The notes below the pieces were generated by a model that was given only the letters and a program-made list of their open reading frames with translations, had not been told where the DNA came from and ran no database searches. Source: Candidatus Azambacteria bacterium (lineage in GTDB: Bacteria; Patescibacteriota; Minisyncoccia; UBA10092). From it: 64,000 bases of DNA. Location: positions 38,397 to 102,396 of the forward strand of contig DMPO01000006.1 of assembly GCA_003455995.1 (NCBI GenBank), written 5' to 3'. Made by a program: the position numbers and the translations under genes. Below, one piece after another: positions 40,788 through 50,328 of the stretch (position 1 is its first letter; every line of letters begins with the position of its first letter).

Positions 40788-41399
40788 TTATTTTTTGGCG
40801 GTTATCCAAATATTCATGCCGCACTCAAAATAACCGGATCGCAAGTTTTCTTTGGCAAACGGGATTTTTCCAAATATTTTTTTAATTTCTAAAGGCGTAT
40901 AAGCATATTTATGCTCCGCGAGTTCCGTAGAACTCACCAAGCGCATTTTAGCCATTATTTTCAGCGGCAACACCGCCCATGTCGATGGAGTGGTTAAAAC
41001 GCATATTCCTTCGGGTTTTAATATTCTATAAATTTCGCCCACAATGGCGAGCGTTTTTTTTGGTTCAATATGTTCAAAAACCGCAAGAATGGTAATCGCG
41101 TCAAAAAAATTATTTTGATAGGGCAGATTGCTTTGACATTCAATATCGTATTCCAAAAAAGAAATCCCATTTTTTTTGAGAATATCTTTTTGGTTGTTGC
41201 CGATTTTATCCAAACCGTATTTTTCGGCAAAATCAACGCCGACAAGAAAAAGCGGAAAACTGCCGCAGCCGATATCGAGAATGCGCCCTTTTCTGCAATT
41301 TAAAGGAATCAGGTTATCGGCCATTTTGCTTCTTTTTTTAGCCAGAAATTTTTCAAGAAGACCGTATCCTCTGGTCACGGTCTGGTTAAAAGGGCTCAT
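40788..41399 (-). CDS. Class I SAM-dependent methyltransferase
   Basis: ILDIGCGSFPLF is motif I. ILAVFEHI is motif II. Confidence 0.65.
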   Translation of the reverse strand: MSPFNQTVTRGYGLLEKFLAKKRSKMADNLIPLNCRKGRILDIGCGSFPLFLVGVDFAEKYGLDKIGNNQKDILKKNGISFLEYDIECQSNLPYQNNFFDAITILAVFEHIEPKKTLAIVGEIYRILKPEGICVLTTPSTWAVLPLKIMAKMRLVSSTELAEHKYAYTPLEIKKIFGKIPFAKENLRSGYFECGMNIWITAKK

Positions 41400-42532
41400 T
41401 TAAGAAAGAGTTGAATAAAATAATCGATGTTAATCATGGGCAAAATATATTTATCCATCGAGAAATTCGCCAAAATGTAAATTATAAAAAACGGGGCGAA
41501 ATAATAAATTCGCGACTCATATTTTTTTAAGAAAATACACGATATTAAAATTACAAAAGGAATCGTAATAAAAAATATCCTTTGAATTATCCCCGGCCAT
41601 AGAAATATGGGCATGATGGAAAAAAACATGGCGGCAATAAAAATCCACCGCTCTTGATTGAATATTTTGACGCCCCGTTTTATTAAAACGCCAATTCCGC
41701 CGATAAATAAGAACCAGCCGAAAGTAAAAAGGGAACCGAAGACCTTGGCGTATGAAAGGAAGTCGAATGATGAATCTTTCATTAAATGTTTGTTAAAAAT
41801 AAGCCAGTCAAAATAACTGTAATGATAATTAACATATATCGAAGCGTGAACCAAAATGGCGGGCAAAACGGCCAAAGCGCCCAGCGGCAATAAATATTTT
41901 ATTAAGTTTTTGAAATTATATCCGCAATAAAATAACAAAGACAAAAAAATGGGAATAAATCCAAAATATCCATATTCTTTAAAAAGCCCGCCCAGTCCCG
42001 TCGCAAGCGCTCCCCATATTAAATATTTTACTTCCCACGTCTTTAAAAAGCGGAAAACAAGAAAAAAGGCGATAATATAAAACATCCAGCCGCCCATATC
42101 CATCAAATAAGCCGGCCCGAAAGTTATCATGGCGTAGTTGGCGGCCAAAAGAAGCATTCCGCAGAAGGCGACTTTTCGGCTTTCAAAAAATTCTTCCAAA
42201 AGCTTGTAAAAAAACAAATTCGCGATTATGTAAAAAACGATATTCATAAACAGCCAGGCATTCAATATATCGCCGAAAATATAGGAAAGAAAAATAACGG
42301 TTTGGAGGCCGGCAAAAGTCGTGAGAATCCTGTTAGGAACAAAATCCAAGGGAATTTTTCCGGTTTTTAAAACATCCACGCTTTTCAAATATGAAATGCT
42401 GTCGCCGAAAAGATGCGGCGGAATAATTATGAAAGAAACGCCGACCAGCGCCAAAAGGAAAATTGAGATGTACAAATAATGGAAACGGCCAATCATGATA
42501 ATAAATATAGCGGTTGTTTGCTTTTTTTTCAA
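41396..42532 (-). CDS. Polytopic membrane protein, putative GT-C-type transferase
   Basis: 378 aa and strongly hydrophobic. Divergent from a GT2 lipid-sugar synthase gene. Confidence 0.4.
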   Translation of the reverse strand: MKKKQTTAIFIIMIGRFHYLYISIFLLALVGVSFIIIPPHLFGDSISYLKSVDVLKTGKIPLDFVPNRILTTFAGLQTVIFLSYIFGDILNAWLFMNIVFYIIANLFFYKLLEEFFESRKVAFCGMLLLAANYAMITFGPAYLMDMGGWMFYIIAFFLVFRFLKTWEVKYLIWGALATGLGGLFKEYGYFGFIPIFLSLLFYCGYNFKNLIKYLLPLGALAVLPAILVHASIYVNYHYSYFDWLIFNKHLMKDSSFDFLSYAKVFGSLFTFGWFLFIGGIGVLIKRGVKIFNQERWIFIAAMFFSIMPIFLWPGIIQRIFFITIPFVILISCIFLKKYESRIYYFAPFFIIYILANFSMDKYILPMINIDYFIQLFLK

Positions 42533-42563
42533 TTTTGTTTACTATAAACATATTGCGATTACC

Positions 42564-43280
42564 ATGGATCATTCTAAACAATTCAAAAAACTTTCTATAA
42601 TTATTCCGGCTTACAATGAAGCCCGGACGCTACGGGAAATTATTCGCCGCGTTCAAGCGGTTCAGCTAACTGGCCTTGAAAAAGAGGTCATTGTCGTTGA
42701 CAATGGTTCAATTGACGACACTCCCCTGATTTTAAAGTCGCTTTCAGGAATTCGCGTTCTTACCTTAAACCCCAACCGAGGAAAAGGCGGGGCGGTTAAG
42801 GCCGGTTTTACCGCGGCAACCGGCGACATCCTGATTATTCAAGACGCCGATCTTGAGTACGAACCAAATGATTATCCGGCGGTTATTCGGCCGATTTTGG
42901 AAGGAAAGACCGAAGTAACCGTCGGCATAAGAATAAATCCGAGCATGGAAAGCCGCAGCAATAAATCGTTATACTGGTTAAGCTGGTTTGGCAATAAAAT
43001 GATTACCTGGACAACGAATCTGCTTTATGGAAACAAGGCGGGAGAATATGAGGGATGCTACAAAGCGTTTACCAAAGAACTCATAAGCCAAATTACGGTG
43101 CGCACCGACGATTTTGATTTTGATAATGAATTGATCTGCAAGATTTTGAAAAAGGGCTATAAAACCGTTGATGTCCCGATTCACTATTACCCTCGCAGCT
43201 ATCAAGAAGGAAAAAAAATAAACTGGAAGCACGGTTTTAAAATTCTTTGGACGATTATCAAATACCGTTTTATCAACTAA
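42564..43280 (+). CDS. GT2 polyprenyl-phosphate sugar synthase (DPM synthase-like)
   Basis: LSIIIPAYNEARTL..EVIVVDNGSIDDT..IIQDADLEYEP motifs. Start moved to the ATG at 42564, because the ORF-track start would lie in the divergent gene. Confidence 0.7.
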   Translation: MDHSKQFKKLSIIIPAYNEARTLREIIRRVQAVQLTGLEKEVIVVDNGSIDDTPLILKSLSGIRVLTLNPNRGKGGAVKAGFTAATGDILIIQDADLEYEPNDYPAVIRPILEGKTEVTVGIRINPSMESRSNKSLYWLSWFGNKMITWTTNLLYGNKAGEYEGCYKAFTKELISQITVRTDDFDFDNELICKILKKGYKTVDVPIHYYPRSYQEGKKINWKHGFKILWTIIKYRFIN

Positions 43281-43281
43281 A

Positions 43282-44172
43282 ATGAGATTATCGATAAAAA
43301 AATTAGTTATTCCGCTTGCCGGTTTTGGCATGCGGTTTTTGCCGGTCTCTAAAAACTATCCGAAGGAGATGATCAACTTGGTTGACAGGCCGATCGTACA
43401 ATACTTGGTTCAGGAGGCATGCGAAAGCGGCATTCGCGAAGTTATTTTTGTGGTGAATGGCGGTAAAGATATTATCAAACAATATTTTTCGTCCTACCAA
43501 TACTCGCGCCAGAAAAAGGCCTGCCGGGTCTCGCCAATCGCTTGCGAGAATTTAAAAGAACTTGAGAGCTTGCTTCGCGTTATACGTTTTAGGATCATCA
43601 AAAAAAATATGACGCTCGGCGACGGCCATTCAATTCTATGCGCGGAATCGTATCTTGTCCGCGAAAAGGCGTTCGCGGTTACTATGGGAGATCTGCTCGG
43701 CCTTGGTCCAAAGCCGTTCTTAAGCCAGCTTGCCGAACAATACGCTTTAACCGGCGCGCCGATGGTCTCCGTTGAAAGAGTGCCGAAAGAGGCCGTTTCG
43801 CGCTTTGGGATTATCGCGCCCGCCGAATCGCGCGCCGGATTGCATCGCGTGCTCGATGTGGTGGAGAAACCAAGGCCGGAAATCGCTCCCAGCAATTTGG
43901 CGCTCACCGGAAAATATATTCTGACTCCGGCAATCTTTCCCTATCTCAAGCGCGCCTATCGGGAAAAAACCGATAATGAAGTCCGTCTGGCCACGGCCTT
44001 GAAATTTTACGCCGCCGATTACCCGCTCTTCGCCTACGAATGCGAGGGAAAAATCCAAGACACCGGAAACAAATTGGATTTGCTGAAAGCGACGGTAAAT
44101 TTCGGTCTGACCCACAAAAATTTCGGCGCCGAATTTAAAAAATTTTTAAAATCTCTCCCGCTGGAGAATTAG
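43282..44172 (+). CDS. galU: UTP--glucose-1-phosphate uridylyltransferase
   Basis: KLVIPLAGFGMRFLPVSKNYPKEM..VDRPIVQYLVQEA and VVEKPRPEIAPSNLALTGKYIL match GalU family signatures. Confidence 0.8.
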   Translation: MRLSIKKLVIPLAGFGMRFLPVSKNYPKEMINLVDRPIVQYLVQEACESGIREVIFVVNGGKDIIKQYFSSYQYSRQKKACRVSPIACENLKELESLLRVIRFRIIKKNMTLGDGHSILCAESYLVREKAFAVTMGDLLGLGPKPFLSQLAEQYALTGAPMVSVERVPKEAVSRFGIIAPAESRAGLHRVLDVVEKPRPEIAPSNLALTGKYILTPAIFPYLKRAYREKTDNEVRLATALKFYAADYPLFAYECEGKIQDTGNKLDLLKATVNFGLTHKNFGAEFKKFLKSLPLEN

Positions 44173-44174
44173 CC

Positions 44175-44786
44175 ATGAAAGGACAACTTATTAAGATCAC
44201 GCCGATCTCAAAAAAATTCCATAATGTTTTTCGTTTCTCCCGGAGAACTGCCGAGGTTGCCTTGCGTGGCGGGAAAAAATATAGATTTGACCGGCATGTT
44301 TTTGAAACCGGTCCGGCAGTGAGCGTTTTGCCCTATTTTTTTGATGAACAAAAAAAAGAGTGGATGGTTGTTCTTGTCCGCCAATACCGTCCCGCAGTTG
44401 ACGCTCTTTGCCTTGAGGCCCCGGGCGGGCTTTTAGAAAAAGGAGTGAATCCGCGACTTGAGATGACTCGCGAGCTCTTTGAAGAGGCGGGGATTCGCGT
44501 TTCTTCTCAAAAAATTAAATACATGGGGTATCAGCATCTTGCCAGCTCTTTTTGCGATCAGGTCGTCCATTTAGGGAGCGCTCACCTTTCTGATGTGAAA
44601 AGCGCCGCTAATCTTTTAGCGAGTTTACGAATACACAATGGTTTAATGAGCGAGCATGAATTTACCGAGGTGGTAGTGGTTCCGCTTTTGGACGCTCTTC
44701 GGAAACCAAGGCTTGTAACATACACCTTGGCCAAATATCAAATTCTTCAGCTTGCCGATGAACTGAAAATTTCTTGGCATAAATAA
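44175..44786 (+). CDS. NUDIX hydrolase
   Basis: GGLLEKGVNPRLEMTRELFEEAGI matches the Nudix box GX5EX7REUXEEXGU. Confidence 0.65.
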   Translation: MKGQLIKITPISKKFHNVFRFSRRTAEVALRGGKKYRFDRHVFETGPAVSVLPYFFDEQKKEWMVVLVRQYRPAVDALCLEAPGGLLEKGVNPRLEMTRELFEEAGIRVSSQKIKYMGYQHLASSFCDQVVHLGSAHLSDVKSAANLLASLRIHNGLMSEHEFTEVVVVPLLDALRKPRLVTYTLAKYQILQLADELKISWHK

Positions 44787-44803
44787 AAACCTAGGCGGAA
44801 GGC

Positions 44804-46333
44804 CTAGGTCGGAACAGTTGAACGAAGAATATAAGGAGGGATTTTGCCTTTTGAAGCGTCGAAGGCGTTTTCGGGAACATCGGTTTGATATGGCTGGCCG
44901 AGCTTTTCCCTCAGTTCTCGTTCTGTGTCGTTTCGGAGGCGCCGCAAGTCGTCGGCCGAAAGCGTTTCGGTAAATGCGGAAACCTTTCCCAAACCCTTCC
45001 GGTCTCCCCGGTCGCCTTTGTAAAACATGAAGTCCGAAAAGTAGTCCGTCTCTCCGGAATAAAGCTTGTCGCCGGTTTTAGGCGCGCGATAAACCCAAAC
45101 ATCCTTACGGCCGAGGACGGGTTCGGCTTCATCGTAGTATGGCGTTCCGGGATAGACCGTGATTCGGGTAAGGTCAAACGATTCCGGTCGAACTTGCAGA
45201 ATAAAATCTTTTGTTTCTTTGATTGTTTTTTCGGTTTCTCCGGGATGGCCGATTGACATCAGGGCCTTAACGCGCAGGCCGTTTCGCCGGGCGGTTTCCG
45301 CGCATCTGTAATTGTCTTCAAGCGTTGCGCGCTTGTTGATGTTGCGAAGAATTCGCGGCGATCCCGATTCAAAACCGGTCAGAATTTCCCGGAAACCAGC
45401 TTCATACATCGCTGTGGCTTGGCGGTCATTAAATAACTCCGCCTTAATGAAGCCGCGCAGCCGCCACTTAATGTCCAATTCTTTGCCAAGGGATATGATG
45501 GCATTCATTAATCGGACCAAATTATCGCCGCCGATATTCAGTTCGTCATCGTAGAACATCGCGCCGCACTCTTGGGCCACTTTTTCTTTATAGGCCGTCT
45601 GCATAAACCGATATACTTCCCGCAGTTCGGCAATAACATTATCCGCGCTTCGGAAACGAAGCGTTCGGAGAAACGCCGTATTCCGCCCGCCGCAAAAACC
45701 GCATCCGAAAGGGCACCCCAGCTGGGCAATGACGCTCGTTGTCGGGGCCCCGTCAATTAAGTAGCGGTAACTGCCGAGATCAATTAAATCCCGCGCCGGA
45801 AAAGGCAAATTCTCTAATTCTTCTCGTTTCAGAAAAAGGCTGGAATTTCGATTGTCGGCGTCAATAATTTGGCCATGCTTCGCTTGAAAAATATCAAAAA
45901 CAGCTCGTTCTCCATCTCCTGCGACTAAAACATCAAAATAATCGAAGATGCGCCGCAATGCTCGGGTTGCCCTTCCGGCAATTTTCTTTTCGCGCTCCCG
46001 GCGATAAGCGGCGTTCACGAGCGTGCCGTGCGGTCCGCCCAAAACCAGCTTGGCCGATGGCCGCATGCGTCTGATGGTCTCGGCAATGAAGCCGCTTGCC
46101 GGAAGCTGGGGGCTTGTCGCCGTAATCCCAAAAATATCCGTATTGTTTTCTTGGCAGTATTGTCCAACAACTTCCAAGTAGCGAGCCACTCCGGATAAGT
46201 CAAGCAGGTCAACATCGATTTGATTTCTTCGCAGCATAGCCGCGACCTTTAAAATACCTAAATGCGGGATCATCCGATCGTCGGAAAGGATGAGCGATGA
46301 AGGAATAACCAGGCACATTTTCATTGAGTCCAC
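44804..46333 (-). CDS. B12-binding domain radical SAM enzyme (class B rSAM)
   Basis: QLGCPFGCGFCGG is the CxxxCxxC motif. N-terminal cobalamin-binding-like domain. Visibly GC-rich relative to flanking genes. Confidence 0.8.
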   Translation of the reverse strand: MDSMKMCLVIPSSLILSDDRMIPHLGILKVAAMLRRNQIDVDLLDLSGVARYLEVVGQYCQENNTDIFGITATSPQLPASGFIAETIRRMRPSAKLVLGGPHGTLVNAAYRREREKKIAGRATRALRRIFDYFDVLVAGDGERAVFDIFQAKHGQIIDADNRNSSLFLKREELENLPFPARDLIDLGSYRYLIDGAPTTSVIAQLGCPFGCGFCGGRNTAFLRTLRFRSADNVIAELREVYRFMQTAYKEKVAQECGAMFYDDELNIGGDNLVRLMNAIISLGKELDIKWRLRGFIKAELFNDRQATAMYEAGFREILTGFESGSPRILRNINKRATLEDNYRCAETARRNGLRVKALMSIGHPGETEKTIKETKDFILQVRPESFDLTRITVYPGTPYYDEAEPVLGRKDVWVYRAPKTGDKLYSGETDYFSDFMFYKGDRGDRKGLGKVSAFTETLSADDLRRLRNDTERELREKLGQPYQTDVPENAFDASKGKIPPYILRSTVPT

Positions 46334-46390
46334 CTCCGTTAAATATTTTTTAGTGTTAAAGTTCTACCGTTAAGTTATCCACAGATTTAA

Positions 46391-46418
46391 TGGACAATCA
46401 AGTTTTATGTTCTATAAT
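46391..46418 (+). promoter_or_regulatory. Candidate sigma70 promoter TGGACA-N16-TATAAT
   Basis: -35 at 46391-46396 and a perfect -10 at 46413-46418, upstream of the signal-peptide start at 46482. Confidence 0.4.
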
Positions 46419-46481
46419 AAACAACGAGCGCGTGAAAACGCAAGTAAGAATTTTATAATTAATTTAATTAAAATAAATACA

Positions 46482-48395
46482 ATGTTACGAAAACATTTGG
46501 TAATTGTCGGGCTATTTTTGGCTGTAGGTGTTTTGTTTTTTAATGTTTCATCCGCCAATGCCATTATCAGAAGTTGGAACGGCGCGGGCGATGGAATGAC
46601 TTGGACAGATCCTCTAAACTGGGGCGGCGTGTCAAATGCCAATTATCCCGGTGAACTTGCTCCCGATGATGCGGTAATCGCATCCAGCACATCTGCGCTT
46701 GGTCCGCTTGGAGTCAATGCCACTTCCACAATTCCTTTTGGCGTTAACACACTGCAGATTAAAAACGGCTGGACTCTTTACATCGGCGGCACTCTGGGAG
46801 CGTCAAGCACGGTTTCTGTTTTGGGCACCAGCACCTTGAAACTCGCTACCAGCACTTACGGCTCCGGCACTCTGAATCTTGGCCAAACCGATCCTGGAGC
46901 TCCTTTATCTATAGCGACTGCCAATGCTACCTTTACTGCGGCAACTGGCACAGTTGCTTATATCGGTGGTGGCACTGCTAGTATTATTGTTGCTACAACC
47001 ACATTTTATAATTTAAGCTTAACCCCAACCTCTACTACCGCCACGGCGGCGATTCGCACTTATATATTTGGATCACCTACCGCAGCTCAAGTGCGGCAGG
47101 TAGCTACTACGACGGTATCCAATGTTTTTACTGTTAGTAGTGGCGCGAAAGCGGATTTTAATGGCCTGACCGATCTTTTGCTTTCCGGTTCCGGAACAGC
47201 GTTTTCCAAAGCCAATGGCGACTTTATACAAAGTTCCAAAATTGTTTATTCTTCGGCTTCAGCCACCAATATCGCCACGGGCACTTATGCCAATCTTGAA
47301 TTGACCGGCGCGGCGACAAAAACGCTTTTAGGCAATACTACCGCGACCAGCACGGTGACGATTCCGGCTAGCGGCACTTTGGCCATCAGCACCTATACAT
47401 TTACCGCCACCGGCGCTACTTGGACTAATAGCGGCACCGTAACGGAAAACACGGGCGGTAAAATTACGCTCGCCGCCGCCGGCGTACTCTCCAATTCCGC
47501 GGGCGGTTCGGCCGTAACGGCTTTCGGCAATGCCGATACTCTTCCGGTGATTCATATACAGATTACGGATACCAGTTTGAATCTTTTGGCGGCATCGGCC
47601 GAAACCCAAACGGCCACGGTAACTGGGACGAGCGGTATCACCGATTCCGAAACGGTTACTTTGACTGAAACGGGAATTGCCACGGGCATCTTCAGAGGCA
47701 GTCTTTCTTTCCAGCTTTCTGGCACCGATGTTAGTGGAGCCGTGGATTTCCAAGGAGGCGGCACCCTTAGCTATGCTTACACCGATTCGCAGGACTCAAG
47801 CGACACTCAATCCGGTTCAGCGTCATTTACCGGTACCGCGCCCGGAAGCGGCAGTGGTAGCGTGATCGTCTCGGTCACTCCGACTACTCCAGCGACACCA
47901 GCGGTGCCAGCTACCCCGGCTGTTTCGGGAGAATCTCCTGCCACTCCAGCAACGCCTGCGACTCCGGCTGCGCCTTCTCTTGAAAGCGTTCAAACCAAGA
48001 TCGCGAGCGTGATTGCTAAAATGGCAACTTTATCGGCGAGTCCCTCCGCCTCCGAGTTAACCGATGTTCAGGCGCAGATTGCGGCGATTTTGGCGGACAT
48101 TCAGGCCATTCAGACAACGGCGGCTCCTCAAGGCGCGGCTCTCGGTTATAATTTTGTTCGACCGCTCGCTTTGGGCATTAGGCATGGCGATGTAACAAAT
48201 CTTCAAAAGGCTCTAAAAACCGATTCGTCCATTTATCCTGAAGGAAAAGTAACGGGATACTTTGGTCCGGCGACGCTATCGGCAGTTAAGAAGTTTCAGG
48301 AGAAATACGGAATCGCTTCCAAAGGCCAGTCGGGATATGGCGTGGTTGGTCCGAAGACCAGAACGAAACTAAACGAACTTTACGGCGCGAAATAA
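46482..48395 (+). CDS. Secreted repeat-rich surface protein with C-terminal peptidoglycan-binding domain (PG_binding_1)
   Basis: Signal peptide MLRKHLVIVGLFLAVGVLFFNVSSANA. Long Thr/Ser/Gly/Ala-rich beta-repeat region. PATPAVPATPA proline linker. The C-terminal segment LALGIRHGDVTNLQKALK...GYFGPATLSAVKKFQEKYG is typical PG_binding_1. The ORF-track start at 46407 is probably too far upstream. Confidence 0.6.
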   Translation: MLRKHLVIVGLFLAVGVLFFNVSSANAIIRSWNGAGDGMTWTDPLNWGGVSNANYPGELAPDDAVIASSTSALGPLGVNATSTIPFGVNTLQIKNGWTLYIGGTLGASSTVSVLGTSTLKLATSTYGSGTLNLGQTDPGAPLSIATANATFTAATGTVAYIGGGTASIIVATTTFYNLSLTPTSTTATAAIRTYIFGSPTAAQVRQVATTTVSNVFTVSSGAKADFNGLTDLLLSGSGTAFSKANGDFIQSSKIVYSSASATNIATGTYANLELTGAATKTLLGNTTATSTVTIPASGTLAISTYTFTATGATWTNSGTVTENTGGKITLAAAGVLSNSAGGSAVTAFGNADTLPVIHIQITDTSLNLLAASAETQTATVTGTSGITDSETVTLTETGIATGIFRGSLSFQLSGTDVSGAVDFQGGGTLSYAYTDSQDSSDTQSGSASFTGTAPGSGSGSVIVSVTPTTPATPAVPATPAVSGESPATPATPATPAAPSLESVQTKIASVIAKMATLSASPSASELTDVQAQIAAILADIQAIQTTAAPQGAALGYNFVRPLALGIRHGDVTNLQKALKTDSSIYPEGKVTGYFGPATLSAVKKFQEKYGIASKGQSGYGVVGPKTRTKLNELYGAK

Positions 48396-48416
48396 TACGG
48401 AAAGCAAGTAATAAAA

Positions 48417-48447
48417 ACTTCCCCCGCTTGCGGGGGAAGTTTTTATT
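48417..48447 (+). terminator. Rho-independent terminator
   Basis: ACTTCCCCCG-CTTG-CGGGGGAAGT 10-bp stem followed by TTTTATT. Confidence 0.85.
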
Positions 48448-48478
48448 GTGATAACATAGAGAAATAATTAATAAAAAT

Positions 48479-49162
48479 ATGGAAGAACAAAATAAATTTT
48501 TGATACCGGCAGCAATTGTTTTTGCCGGCATTGTCATCGCGGTGGCGGTGGTCTATTCAACCAATGATAAATCGCGAAATGCCAATACGGATAATACGAA
48601 AATAGCGGCGCTGACGGCATTGCCGGCAATTTCTTCAAGCGATTTCGTTTTAGGCGAACAAAATGCGCCGGTAACGGTGATAGAATACGGCGATTTTCAA
48701 TGTCCGTTTTGCGGCAAGTTTTTTAGAGATACCGAATCGGTATTGCGGGAAAAATATATCAAAACCGGCAAAGTGAGATTTATTTATCGCGATTTTGCCT
48801 TTTTGGGGCAAGAATCAACTTGGGCGTCCAACGCCGCGCGATGCGCCGGAGAACAGAATAAATTCTGGCAATATCACGATTATCTCTATAATAACCAACA
48901 GGGGGAAAATCAAGGCGCTTTCGGCAAGGAAAATTTAAAAAAGTTCGCGTCGGCTTTGGGACTCGATAGAAGTAAATTCGACACTTGTCTCGATTCGGAA
49001 AAATATAATGATTTGATCCAGAAAGAAACCAAAGAAGGCGGCGAAGCCGGAGTGCAGGGGACGCCGGCAAATTTTGTGAATGGCGCGCTTTATGCGGGCG
49101 CTTTGCCGGTCGCTTCATTTACTAAAATTATTGACGACGAATTGAGCAAATTGGGAAAATAA
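48479..49162 (+). CDS. DsbA-like thiol:disulfide oxidoreductase (thioredoxin fold), membrane-anchored
   Basis: N-terminal TM helix. FQCPFCGKF is the CxxC active site. The rest is DsbA/Thioredoxin_4-like. Confidence 0.7.
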   Translation: MEEQNKFLIPAAIVFAGIVIAVAVVYSTNDKSRNANTDNTKIAALTALPAISSSDFVLGEQNAPVTVIEYGDFQCPFCGKFFRDTESVLREKYIKTGKVRFIYRDFAFLGQESTWASNAARCAGEQNKFWQYHDYLYNNQQGENQGAFGKENLKKFASALGLDRSKFDTCLDSEKYNDLIQKETKEGGEAGVQGTPANFVNGALYAGALPVASFTKIIDDELSKLGK

Positions 49163-49166
49163 AATT

Positions 49167-49403
49167 ATGCCGAAAATTAGGATATACACAACGCCCGAGT
49201 GCGTTTACTGCAGAATGGCAAAGGAATTTTTTGAAAAAAACAACATTTCTTATGAAGAAAAAGATGTTTCAGTTGATGATGAGGCGCGCGAAGAAATGAT
49301 TGAAAAATCCGGCCAGATGGGCGCGCCGGTTATGGATATTGACGGTAAGATTATCATCGGGTTTGATGAAGAGGAGTTATCAAAAATTTTAGCCGTAAAA
49401 TAA
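49167..49403 (+). CDS. Glutaredoxin-like protein (NrdH/YruB type)
   Basis: 78 aa. YTTPECVYCRMAKEFF is the CxxC motif. Glutaredoxin fold length. Confidence 0.7.
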   Translation: MPKIRIYTTPECVYCRMAKEFFEKNNISYEEKDVSVDDEAREEMIEKSGQMGAPVMDIDGKIIIGFDEEELSKILAVK

Positions 49404-49404
49404 C

Positions 49405-50328
49405 ATGTACGATTTGATTATTATCGGCGGCGGCCCCGCCGGGGCCGCCGCCGGAATATACGCGGCGCGGAAAAAATTAAAAACCTTAATGATCGCCGCC
49501 GATTTCGGCGGACAAGCGCTGGCTTCCGGCAATATCGAGAATTGGATTGGCGTTGAAAAAATGACGGGTCTTGAATTTGCCAAAATGCTCGAAAAACATG
49601 TTCGAGCGCAAGAAAGCATTGAAATAAAAATTTCGGAGAAAGTTGTTACCGTTGAAAAAATATCGGACGGGTTCGATATTGTAACCGACAAAAATAATAA
49701 TTATCAGGCCAAGGTCTTAATTATCGCTTCCGGAGGCCATCGCCGCCGCTTGGATGTTCCAGGCGGCGCCCAATTTGAAGGCAAGGGCGTTTCTTATTGC
49801 GCTACCTGCGACGCGCCGGTTTTTAAAAACAAGCGGGTGGCGGTTATCGGCGGCGGCAATGCCGGCTTGGAGACGGCAATCGACCTAATGCCGTATGCCG
49901 AAAAAATTTACCTGATAAACAGAAAGAATTTTTTTACCGGGGATGATGCGTTGCGGGAAAAAATAAAGCGGTTTAGTAAAATAAGCGCCATAATGAATGC
50001 GGATGTTCAGAAAATTTCTGGCGAAAAATTTGTTTCGGGTATAGAATATCTGGATGGAGGCGATAATTTGGTTAAAAAGTTGGAAGTGGAAGGAGTGTTT
50101 GTTGAGATTGGTTCGGTTCCGAATTCCGAGTTTGTAAAACATCTTGTGGAAACAAATCCAAAGGGGGAGGTTATTGTTAACCATAAAACGGGAGCCGCAA
50201 GTTGTCCCGGAGTATTTGCGGCCGGCGATGTTACCGACGCGATTTACAAGCAAAATAATGTTTCCGCCGGGGACGCCATTAAAGCCGTTCTCTCGGCGCA
50301 TAATTATTTACTCAACATTAAAATATGA
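49405..50328 (+). CDS. trxB: Thioredoxin-disulfide reductase
   Basis: IIGGGPAGAAAGIYAAR is the FAD motif. CATCDAPVF is the redox-active disulfide. GGGNAGLETA is the NADPH motif. Confidence 0.85.
   Translation: MYDLIIIGGGPAGAAAGIYAARKKLKTLMIAADFGGQALASGNIENWIGVEKMTGLEFAKMLEKHVRAQESIEIKISEKVVTVEKISDGFDIVTDKNNNYQAKVLIIASGGHRRRLDVPGGAQFEGKGVSYCATCDAPVFKNKRVAVIGGGNAGLETAIDLMPYAEKIYLINRKNFFTGDDALREKIKRFSKISAIMNADVQKISGEKFVSGIEYLDGGDNLVKKLEVEGVFVEIGSVPNSEFVKHLVETNPKGEVIVNHKTGAASCPGVFAAGDVTDAIYKQNNVSAGDAIKAVLSAHNYLLNIKI

Noticed and set aside
44787-44803. CCTAGGC-GGAA-GCCTAGG hairpin between convergent NUDIX and rSAM genes
   Set aside because: It is a plausible bidirectional terminator stem but has no adjacent T-run on either strand and lies within 18 bp between two stops. 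Not called as a confident terminator.
47328-47753. 141-aa minus-strand ORF inside the surface-protein gene
   Set aside because: Arg/Gly-rich antisense translation of the Thr/Ala/Gly repeat region. No start context. Rejected as an artefact.
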